This document shows, one piece after another, positions 26,000 through 35,986 of a DNA stretch of 44,603 nucleotides (position 1 is the first letter of the stretch; each line of letters opens with the position of its first letter). The DNA comes from Nemertoderma westbladi. Lineage: Eukaryota; Animalia; Xenacoelomorpha. A model generated the notes under the pieces. That model had not been told where the DNA came from. It was given only the letters and a program-made list of their open reading frames with translations, and did no database searches. Both the position numbers and the translations under genes were made by a program. The stretch is taken from assembly GCA_032718475.1 (NCBI GenBank), contig JAUCBJ010003936.1, positions 1 through 44,603 on the forward strand, given 5' to 3'.

Positions 26000-26599
26000 C
26001 TAAATGGAAATAATTCGGTAAATAATTAATTATATTTACAATTAATTTCAACTGAATCGGATAAAAATGATGAACTCAACTTGGTAAATAAATTGAATTA
26101 AAATTAAAAAATAATTTTTTGAATGAATTTTAATTTGTTTGAAACATTGCTGCAAGAGATATTCAACAATTCAAATACATACACCATGTCCCGTAATATA
26201 GTGTCATTTTCTGATGACACGGATCCCCCCCCCCCCTGATTTTTCTACAAATCTTTATCATTGCTTGAAATTTGAAACGCAACTAGTTCCACTCACCGTC
26301 GATGACCCCATGAAGCCGGAATTTTCGATTTTGCCTCTAATTTTTTTTGTAAGCGTTTTAAAAAAGTGTCTTTTGCGAAATCGCACCCTCAGTATCGTGG
26401 CCATTCTTCACATTAGTCCTAATTTTTTAATATCAATAAAAAGCTTGCGTTGCAAGGATTCAAAATTTGTAACAATATCTGAATTTCGTTGAGAAACAGC
26501 TGAGATATAGGAGTTCAAAGATTGCAAGAAGTATTGTTCTCTGAAGGCCATTTATTCTATTAAATAAATACACGATGTTCTGGAACATTTTGTTTAAGT

Positions 26600-27050
26600 A
26601 TGAATAGCTACGCAACCTCGCGAAATTGCCACCTCAACAAGAAAAGCCATGCGTAGCCTACTACGGGTATCAAAGATGTAAAATGTCATCCTGAATAATT
26701 TGTTCCAAATACCAGATGTATCTGACATCCTACGTGGAAACCAATGTCGCACTATATATAATACATTCAATTGCGGCAATAAAAAAGTAATGTATCTGTT
26801 CTATTATCTACATGGAGTGAACATTACTGGACAGGGCAATGTTGAATTATACTCAACCTATAACATATCTTCATGGGAATCCAACATACCGAGTCTTACA
26901 TCTCTTGCAGATACGCCATACACATACATACGCATAAATACGCCATAAAGTCTTGTCTTAGTAAACTTAAAAGCACCTGCCTCACCCTCAAACCCCGAGA
27001 GATTTATAAAATACTGCATTTGAAAATTATCTATGGAAAATGTGGAGTAA
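26600..27050 (+). mobile_element. Degenerate LINE-like coding fragment inside the long-TIR element
   Basis: STRKAMRSLLRVSKM*NVILNNLFQIPDVSDILRGNQCR resembles a region C-terminal to a LINE RT domain, with in-frame stops. Confidence 0.35.
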
Positions 27051-27210
27051 ATTTTAATATCCGAAGGTCACTTATTCAGGACATTCTAGATATTTGAACA
27101 TTGTTTGTCTTGTCTTACCTTCTTATACCATGCGCCACCTGTAATTCAGTTTTCAATGATTCTTATCTTTATGTACAAGTGAAATCATTAGTATGTCGTC
27201 CGACCCTTTA

Positions 27211-27478
27211 AGGCCCCCCTCACACGGAGCAACTTGTTTCTGCAACTTGTTTCTGAAACTTGTTGCTGGACCCCCTCACACACAGAAACTTGTTGCTGCA
27301 ACTTATTTCAGCAACTTGTTTCCGAAACTTGTTTCTGCAACTTGTTGCTGGACCCGCTCACACACAGAAACAAGTTTCGGAAACAAGTTGCAGCAACAAG
27401 TTTCTGTGTGTGAGGGGGTCCAGCAACAAGTTTCAGAAACAAGTTGCAGAAACAAGTTGCTACGTGTGAGGGGGGCCT
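27211..27478. mobile_element. Near-palindromic MITE with PIF/Harbinger-like termini
   Basis: AGGCCCCCCTCACACG...CGTGTGAGGGGGGCCT flanked by TA, with internal GCAACTTGTTTC / GAAACAAGTTGC subrepeats. A related remnant lies at ~29400-29485. Confidence 0.85.
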
Positions 27479-28096
27479 TATTAATTAAAGCCGCCGGGGC
27501 CTTATACCGGATTGAAATAATAATAATAATAATACTAGATATATTGGATAGGAATACCGCTGTTGCCAACCAACTTATAAAATAAATAACACATTCTAGA
27601 ATTTAGTGTATTTATTAAATAGAATAAATGGCCTGCAGCGAACAATAATTCTTGCAATCTTTGAACGCCTATATCTCAGCTGTTTCTTAACGAAATTCAG
27701 ACATTGTTACATATTTGGAATCCTTGCAAGGCAAGCTTTTTAATGATATGAAAAAATTACGACTAATATAAAGAATGTCCACGATACGGATGGCGCGATT
27801 TTTTTAAAACGCTTATAAAAAATTATTTAAGGCAAAATCGAAAATTCCGGCTTCATGGTAACAACCACGGTGAGTTGAACTAGTTGTGTTTCAAATTTCA
27901 AGCAATATGATAAAGATTTGTAGAAAAATCTGGGGGGGGGGGGGGGGGTCCGTGTCATCTGAAAATGACACTATATTACGGGACATGGTGTATAACGCTG
28001 CAAAGTGCCACTTTGCACACAATGATGTTATAGTTATTAAATTCCCCGCGGACTCACTCACTGCTAATATATCACAGATAATAACTGCGAATAATA

Positions 28097-28654
28097 TTTT
28101 TTTTTTTTTTTTTTTTAAATCAACACCCCGAACGGGGTAAAATGTATAATGTATATTCTGTATCGAATCTAAAATTGTAAGTATAAAACACATATCGGTA
28201 GTGATGACATAAAATAAATTAATAAAATATATATTTAAACTGAGTTATTAACATGGGCAATGACGGATAGAGAGGGGCAGCTGGTACAGTCCAATACGTG
28301 GTAGCGGTGGTGGGCGGATTGGCCGCAGTACCGGCACACGCAGCTCTGTTGAGGGGAATGGAATGAGCGGTTGTGGGCGCAAATCTTATGATGGAACCCG
28401 TGCGAGGTACAGCGCGTGAGTAAGTGGCGGTTGCTTTGGTTGGCTTGGCGCCATACAGACGTTTGGAACGCCGGTCCAGATAAGTAACCCTCCTGTTCGA
28501 AATTTCCTAGTCTGTCTCTACGATGTATCTTGTATTTTTCAACAACATCAGGGTTGAGAATTTGAGGGGATTTTGAAAAGGGGATTGCGAAAAGGGGAAA
28601 AGGGGTTGCGAATAATATTTGAATATAGAAGTTAGTCGAAAAGCTCCTATTCAC
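28097..28654 (-). mobile_element. 5'-truncated non-LTR retrotransposon 3' end with zinc knuckle, 3' hairpin and poly(A)
   Basis: The ORF ends with CRYCGQSAHHRYHVLDC (CCHC knuckle). The 3' UTR has hairpin ACCCCGTTCGGGGT, followed by an A20 tail (T-run at 28097-28116). Confidence 0.75.
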
Positions 28655-28704
28655 AAATAGGCTTACTCTGACCGTTGTATGCCGTTAACTGAATTATACT
28701 CCTT

Positions 28705-28822
28705 CCAATGTTATAGCCATAAATAGCCAATCACATAATTTTAATATAACTAACCAATGGATAACAAATTCTAGAATTTAATCTTCATATATAAGAGAAA
28801 AACATAGATAAACTGTCATATT
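28705..28822 (+). promoter_or_regulatory. Core promoter of the protamine-like gene
   Basis: CCAAT at 28705, 28727 and 28754; TTCTAGAA at 28769-28776; TATATAA at 28788; Inr-like TCATATT with its A at 28818, 30 nt from the TATA. Confidence 0.65.
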
Positions 28823-28885
28823 GAAAACAGTTAAATCAAAAGTAAGTTTACAATACAATATAATTCAATCTAATTAATAGACGCG

Positions 28886-29164
28886 ATGTCTCAAAGGAAC
28901 CACAATGAGAGTGAAAGTGGAAAGTTGCGTGAGGTTGGGATGCCAAGTGATGACTTAGTCAGCTATAAACAGAAGGGTTATGTGAGTAGGTCAACCGAAA
29001 GGACAGATATGGAGAAAAGGAGACAGAAGAGGCGAAAGGGAAGCAAGAGTGGAAAGGGGAAGAAGAAGGGAAAAGGGAGCAGATCAAGGAGTCGAAAGGG
29101 GAGAAGTCGTGGTAGAAAGGCCAAGGGGAAGAAAGGGAAGAAATCAGGATCGCGGAAACGGTGA
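28886..29164 (+). CDS. Putative protamine-like sperm nuclear basic protein precursor
   Basis: 92 aa: a 44-aa mixed-charge N-terminus plus a 48-aa tail with 12 R, 16 K, 10 G and 8 S, including SRSRSR. There is a promoter upstream and AATAAA at 29307. Confidence 0.7.
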   Translation: MSQRNHNESESGKLREVGMPSDDLVSYKQKGYVSRSTERTDMEKRRQKRRKGSKSGKGKKKGKGSRSRSRKGRSRGRKAKGKKGKKSGSRKR

Positions 29165-29972
29165 AAGAAATAATAGGGAAAGTCTGCGGTCCAATCTCGG
29201 AAGATAAACTGAAATTTATTAGGATTTTCTGATTATCAATTATAGTAATTTGTCAATAATAATTATATATTCATCATTTAATATTCAATTATCTTAATAT
29301 GTAACGAATAAATATCGATAGCTAAGAAGAAAAAAACATTGCCAACCTAAAACACATAATTTCCTTTTCTAGAATGTATATCAGTGATACGGCATTGATA
29401 TCACATGGAGCAACTTTTGTTTCTGCAATTTGTTTCTGAAACAGAAGTTGCTCAGTGTGAAGGGATCAGCAAAAAGTTGCTGGACAGTTTTAACACGTTG
29501 TGGGGTCTTCGAGCAGCACGTGTTCAAATGTTCAATGAATTAACAGCGACTAATTAACAAATTTATGAGAGATTCATTGACCAGCTACCGACAGACCAAT
29601 ATTGTGACATATATTTTAGTTTAATGTTTGATTCAATAAGAGGCACAAATTAAAAAGGCTACAAATATATAGGGGTGAATAATTAAATTAGTCACCCATT
29701 AAAAGGTAGCCAATAATATAAGTTGCAATCTATATAAATTTTTAAATTCAGTAGTGTGCGTGTGTTGTGTATTGATTCCGTAGATTTAATGTTGAAATAG
29801 CGTTCATTAATTTAATTTCTATTAAGTTGAAATTTATGTAGAGTTTGCTCAACAGTACAGATATAAAATAGTTATCTAAATTATATATATTACTATTGAC
29901 AAGTATTGAAATATATACCGTTATTCGTGTTATCAGTATTTGCAACATCTGACATTGAAGAGGTGAGAGAAG

Positions 29973-30310
29973 ATGAATACCGGCACTCAACAAAACCAAC
30001 GCTTATCACAGGTCGGTATGGTTACCTCGAAACCGGCGCGACTGTCCACTCGAATACAACTTCAAAACACAAACGCCAACAATAAACTGAAAGCGAATCG
30101 AACGTCTTCAGAAGAATCTGTCATTGGGACGAAGAAAAGGAAGCCGAAACCACGGGAATGGACCACAGCTAAGATTGAATGCTACCATTGTCAGAGTTCC
30201 TGGACCGAATTTGAAACACCAATTGCTGATGGGCTTGATCTCTCAAACCAAAACTTCCTCTGCGGGGTTTGCGCGGCAGTAAAGATTGAAAGTCTGGAAG
30301 GTGGCATCCC
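29973..30310 (+). mobile_element. Probable 5' end (ORF1 fragment) of a LINE with a PHD-like zinc finger remnant
   Basis: A basic, disordered N-terminus then CYHCQSSW...FLCGVC. The coding-like sequence breaks off near 30310. Confidence 0.45.
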
Positions 30311-30715
30311 TAGGTATTATTATTATAAAGAGCGCCAGCCTGCGTTTAATAAATATATTTTAATACAAAACAGGTCGAACGCAAAGAGGCTTATAATGAA
30401 GACGAGTACTGCATTGATTATATTCCTATAAACCACCTGGCTTTGCATATTGAACGTGCGTTAGAAAATAAGTTCGTGCTACCTTTCCGTGGGTGGTAGA
30501 TGTCACGGTTATGTATTGGTGGGTGGGGGGAGGGGGGGGGGGGGGGGGTGCAGATTAAAAGGGGTGAACACGTACTGTCCCCCTTTCTTTGATTAATTGG
30601 TGGTGTGGGTTAATCTCTCATAACCTGATTTTGTGATACAGTCGCACAATTTTAATTTGTATCTCATAACTGGGCCTCGTGCTCCGCGAAGGCCCCACGA
30701 ACGTGTCCTTGTGTA

Positions 30716-31150
30716 CTAGCCTAGGCACTGGCTTGGCCAATGACTAGCTTGCCAACTGTAAAACTTCAAGAAATATTATTGGGCACGGCTGCCCTTGCCA
30801 TGCCTTAGGCTCTATGGGGGAGAATGGAATCAGCGTATGAATTTACAATGTTAATTATGTTTAAATCACTTAAAAATACATTTATTAACGAAATCACTTG
30901 AAAAAATAAAAAACTATAATGGGATGGGGTACATGGTTTCCAGATATCTAATTTCAGTGCAAAATAACTTTAATCGTATGGTGCTAAACAATTAATTTCC
31001 ATGGAGAGACCGTTCAAAATGACTCAACCATACAATTTAGCTGAAGATATTAATTTCGATTATGGCTTCCGACATTTATGGCTACCGACACACACACACA
31101 CACACGTCACACACAGACTTTTGAAAAACGGCCATAGTATAATTATATCA
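30716..31150 (-). mobile_element. Helitron-like non-autonomous element
   Basis: A|CTAG terminus with an adjacent imperfect hairpin (taggcactggc-ttg-gccaatgacta) and a (CA)n tract near the other end. The 5' boundary is uncertain. Confidence 0.4.
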
Positions 31151-31490
31151 GTTCGCTGATGGCTCGCCATACGTGTCTCGCCCCACATGCAATTTTTTAT
31201 GTGTGTTGAAAAGATGACAGTATCGTCCTCGTCCATTAGCAGGAGCACCTGCATTAGGTCGGTGCGTTTTTTACTTTTTTTCGATTTCATTGTTCTACCA
31301 GTGCGCAAAAGTTGCCAAATGGTAAAAAATTAAGGCAAAAAATTTCTCTAAATTTCATCGATATCTTGACGGATCCCAAGGGGGTTGAAATTTTGAGCTA
31401 TCGCGATGCACCACAATGCAATTTATAACAATATAACACAATAATGAAAGATCAATGACTCAAGAATAACTCCCTGCATGCATCAAATGT

Positions 31491-31630
31491 CATCAAATTC
31501 GTTCAAACTTAGTTAGATACAAAAATTTTAAATTTTGGATCAAGGGTTCTGTCCATGTGCCTGTGGCACTAGTTCCCTTGATACAAAAATTAAAAGTTTG
31601 GTATCTGACTAAGTTTGAACGAATTTGATG
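31491..31630. repeat. 140-bp fold-back inverted repeat (~55-bp arms)
   Basis: catcaaattcgttcaaacttagttagatac...gtatctgactaagtttgaacgaatttgatg. Confidence 0.85.
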
Positions 31631-31634
31631 AACA

Positions 31635-33094
31635 GATCCATATTAGAACAGGAAGGCCCCTTGAGACACCTTAAACTCAACCACGCCAAATCCCAAGTCT
31701 TCATCCCCGCTGGCTCCTCAGTTCAATCGAATCCACTACCACCCTCCATTCCCATTCTCTCCAACGGTCTAACCCTACTTGGCTCCCCGATTGGTTCCTC
31801 TCAACACTGTGAGGAGACCATTATGCTAAGAGTAGCCAAAGTCCGCTCCATCACTGAACGCCTTCCTGACCTTCAGGATTCCCAGATGGAATCTACCGTC
31901 CTTCGATCATGCCTTTCTTTACCCAAAGTAGTATTTGCCCTCCGCTGCTGTCCCCCATCCATGTTTCCGGAATCCACACTACAGTTTGATCTTGTCATGC
32001 TGGACACCATCTCTGATCTGGTTGGGGGCTCCCTAAGTGATTGGTCGTACAACAAAGCTTGCCTTCCTGTCTCGATGGGTGGTCTGGGCCTTAGAAAAGC
32101 CATAAACCATTCCCCGGCCGCATACATTGCTTCTATCTCCCAGTCAGAAACCCTGGTCACTAGAATCCTAGGCCACTCCCCTGGTAACCGCCACCTCCCC
32201 TCTGCACTAGCCTCCTTATCCGAGAACGCCGATAAACCAGATTGGACCTCCTTGGAAGATCTTCCAACACCCATCACCCAACGCAATCTATCCCACTCAG
32301 TTGACATCTCCTCCTACGAACGGCTCCTGTCCTCTGCCCCCGACAACAGATCCCGAGCCCTTGTACAATCCACTTCTCTTGGCCATGCTGGTGACTGGTT
32401 ACATGCCATTCCTTCTGAGTCCCTTGGTCTATATTTCCTGGACGCTGAGCACAGACTCTCCTTGTGTTACTGGTTGGGCGTCCGTCTATCCTCAAGCTCG
32501 GCTCCCTGTGCCTCTTGCTCCCTCCCTGCTGACCCATTTGAGGACCATCATGTTGGCTGTGGTGGGGACTCAGACAGGATTGCTCGCCACGACTCCCTCC
32601 GGGATGCCATCTTCCAAGCTGCACAATCTGCTGCTCTGGCGCCCCGGAAAGAAGTCCCTGGTTTGATTCCTGGCTCCCGCAGCAGACCGGCAGATATCTT
32701 CCTCCCCAACTGGAGACGGGGACAGCCCATGGCCCTGGACGTAACGGTGATCTCACCGCTTCAATCTAGAACCATTAACTGCGCTGCGTCCACCCCAGGC
32801 TATGCCCTTACCGTTGCACGTGAACGTAAGCTAGCCGCCCACCTCGATGAGTGCCGATCCTCAGGCGTGGGCTTCACCCCCTTGGCTCTTGAGGCTCTTG
32901 GGGGCTGGGACTCCCACTCCACCTCAATCATCTCCGAGATTGGGCGTCTGCAGAGTCTCCGTCGCAGTATCCCTGCCAACGAAGCCGTCAGGCATCTATT
33001 CCAGCGCCTGTCAGTGTGTCTGTGGCGAGGAAACGCTGCAATGTGGCTCCGTAGAAGCTCAAGCCTCCCCCCCTGGGTAGATGGCATCATGTAA
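31635..33094 (+). mobile_element. 5'-truncated CRE-like non-LTR retrotransposon ORF: RT tail, zinc knuckle and restriction-like endonuclease
   Basis: GPLRHLKLNHAKS, LLGSPIG, LPVSMGGLGLR, CASC..DHHVGC, RHD, RPADIF..ALDVTV, RKL and LFQRLSVCLWRGNA. No internal stops. Confidence 0.9.
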
Positions 33095-33736
33095 GCAAAG
33101 GAAACGAATGAAGATAGCCCATCTACTATATACTGCCAAACCTGACGACACAGCTAAAGCTGCTGCTGGATCAGTTGGAGTCACCTTGTCCATTCTCACT
33201 GTCCCTGCGATAGTCGCCATGTACTATGTCTAGACAACGAAGAAAATTACCGTTTCACAATATGACATTGATTATTCATCGGCAATTCAATCGATTAACT
33301 GGAACTAATTTAGGTAGAATTTAGTTTAGGATTCAACTGCATACTGAGTATAACTATTTATTTGTAATACTTATGAGATAAACAATATACTAAGTTTGGA
33401 CCCATTTGATGCATGCAGGAAGTTATTCTTGAGTCATTGATCTTTCATTAATGTGTAATATTGCTATAAATTTCATTATGGTGCATCGCGATGGCTCAAA
33501 ATTTCAACCCTCTTGGGATCCGTGAAGATATAGATGAAAATTAAAGAAATTATTTTTCCTTATTTTTTTTACCATTTGGCAACTTTTGTGCACCGGTAGA
33601 ACAATGAAATAAAAAAAAAGTAAAAAACGCACCGCCCTAGCCTGCATGTCTCCAAAAAACCGTCAGTACTGACTCATCGTGTAAAATCATCGACATCAAA
33701 CGGAATGTACATATAAAACAAAAAGGGCCCACCCCC

Positions 33737-33767
<31 letters not shown>

Positions 33768-33861
33768 ACTAGACAAAATGAGAAAAAAAGTTGCAAATTT
33801 TACGAGTTTAATTATGGTGTATTTATAAAAGAACTGTGATTTGAGTGAAGCAAGAGTTTGA

Positions 33862-35876
33862 GCTGCTGAGTTTACATATCATCATCTAACACTGGGACCT
33901 AAGGGTGCTGCTGAGTTTACATAGCATCATCTAACACTGGGACCTAAGGGTGCTGCTGAGTTTACATAGCATCATTTAACACTGGGGCCTAGGGTGCTGC
34001 TGAGTTTACATAGCATCATCTAACACTGGGACCTAGGGTGCTGCTGAGTTTACATAGCATCATCTAACACTGGGACATAGGCTGCTGCTGAGTTTACATA
34101 GCATCATCTACACTGGGACCTAGGCTGCTGCTGAGTTTACATAGCATCATCTAACACTGGGACCTAGGGTGCTGCTGAGTTTACATAGCATCATCTAACA
34201 CTGGGACCTACGGTGCTGCTGAGTTTACATAGCATCATCTAACACTGGGACCTAGGGTGCTGCTGAGTTTACATAGCATCATCTAACACTGGGACCTAGG
34301 GTGCTGCTGAGTTTACATAGCAACATCTAACACTGGGACCTAGGGTGCTGCTGAGTTTTCATAGCATCATCTAACACTGGGACCTAGGGTGCTGCTGAGT
34401 TTACATAGCATCGTCTAACAGTGGGACCTAGGGTGCTGCTGAGTTTACATAGCATCATCTAACACTGGGACCTAGGGTGCTGCTGAGTTTACATAGCATC
34501 ATCTGGGACCTACGGTGCTGCTGAGTTTACATAGCATCATCTAACTGGGACCTAGGGTGCTGCTGAGTTTACATAGCATCATCTAACTGGGAACTAGGGT
34601 GCTGCTGAGTTTACATAGCATCATCTAACACTGGGACCGAGGGTGCTGCTGAGTTTACATAGCAACATCTAACACTGGGACCTAGAGTGCTGCTGAGTTT
34701 ACATAGCATCATCTAACACTGGTACCTAAGGTGCTGCTGAGTTTACATAGCATCATCTAACACTGGGACATAGGCTGCTGCTGAGTTTACATAGCATCAT
34801 CTACACTGGGACCTAGGCTGCTGTTGAGTTTACATAGCATCATCTAACACTGGGACCTAGGGTGCTGCTGAGTTTACATAGCATCATCTAACACTGGGAC
34901 CTACGGTGCTGCTGAGTTTACATAGCATAATCTAACACTGGGACCTAGGGTGCTGCTGAGTTTACATAGCATCATCTAACACTGGGACCTAGGGTGCTGC
35001 TGAGTTTACATAGAATCATCTAACACTGGGACCTAGGGTGCTGCTGAGTTTACATAGCAACATCTAACACTGGGACCTAGGGTGCTGCTGAGTTTACATA
35101 GCATCATCTAACACTGGGACCGAGGGTGCTGCTGAGTTTACATAGCAACATCTAACACTGGGACCTAGGGTGCTGCTGAGTTTACATAGCATCATCTAAC
35201 ACTGGGACCTAGGGTGCTGCTGAGTTTACATAGCATCATCTAACACTGGGACCTAGGCTGCTGCTGAGTTTACATCATCTAACACTGGGACCTAGGGTGC
35301 TGCTGAGTTTACATAGCATCATCTACACTGGGACCTAGGCTGCTGCTGAGTTTACATAGCATCATCTAACACTGGGACCTAGGGTGCTGCTGAGTTTACA
35401 TATCAACATCTAACACTGGGACCTAGGGTGCTGCTAAGTTTTCATAGCATCATCTAACACTGGGACCTAGGGTGCTGCTGAGTTTACATAGCATCATCTA
35501 ACACTGGGACCTAGGGTGCTGCTGAGTTTACATAGCATCATCTAACACTGGGACCTAAGGGAGCTGCTGAGTTTACATAGCATCATCTAACACTGGGACC
35601 TAGGGTGCTGCTGAGTTTACATAGCATCATCTAACAGTGGGACCTAGGGTGCTGCTGAGTTTACATAGCATCATCTAACACTGGGACCTAGGGTGCTGCT
35701 GAGTTTACATAGCATCATCTGGGACCTACGGTACTGCTGAGTTTACATAGCATCATCTAACTGGGACATAGGGTGCTGCAGAGTTTACATAGCATCATCT
35801 AACTGGGAACTAGGGTGCTGCTGAGTTTACATAGCATCATCTAACACTGGGACATAAGGTTCTGCTGAGTTAACAT
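33862..35876. repeat. 44-bp minisatellite (GGTGCTGCTGAGTTTACATAGCATCATCTAACACTGGGACCTAG)n, ~46 units
   Basis: Directly visible, with a 44-bp period. Confidence 0.95.
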
Positions 35877-35914
35877 GTAGGTCTCAAATTTTTAAATAAT
35901 TGAATTTACAAAAA

Positions 35915-35986
35915 ATTACTCCAGTAGTCGAGTCTCGAACCCATTAACTAAGAGCCAAAGTTCAGTGCGCAGCCGACCAAACTAAA
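35915..35986 (-). mobile_element. Degenerate tRNA-like (SINE head-like) sequence
   Basis: The minus strand has A-box-like TAGTTTGGT and B-box-like GGTTCGAGAC, followed by a T run. Confidence 0.35.

Larger units (their letters stand above)
26182..27990. mobile_element. Non-autonomous Tc1/mariner-type element with ~400-bp TIRs and TA TSD
   Basis: TA|CACCATGTCCCG...CGGGACATGGTG|TA. The inverted arms are ~26182-26585 and ~27595-27990. No transposase is present. Confidence 0.85.
31255..33639. mobile_element. Non-autonomous hAT-type element with ~240-bp TIRs and an 8-bp TSD
   Basis: ACCTGCAT|TAGGTCGGTGCGTTTTTTAC...GTAAAAAACGCACCGCCCTA|GCCTGCAT (TSD 7/8 identical). The inverted arms are ~31255-31490 and ~33403-33639. 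Confidence 0.85.

Noticed and set aside
27119-27138. Minus-strand 20-nt micro-exon candidate (tacag|GTGGCGCATGGTATAAGAAG|gtaag) as an upstream CNOT1 exon
   Set aside because: It lies inside a transposon, and its translation does not match the expected upstream CNOT1 sequence (..FLKRRCP).
33862-35876. Twister ribozyme resemblance (CTAACACTG; GGTCCCA on the other strand)
   Set aside because: The motifs are on opposite strands and the pseudoknot partners are absent.
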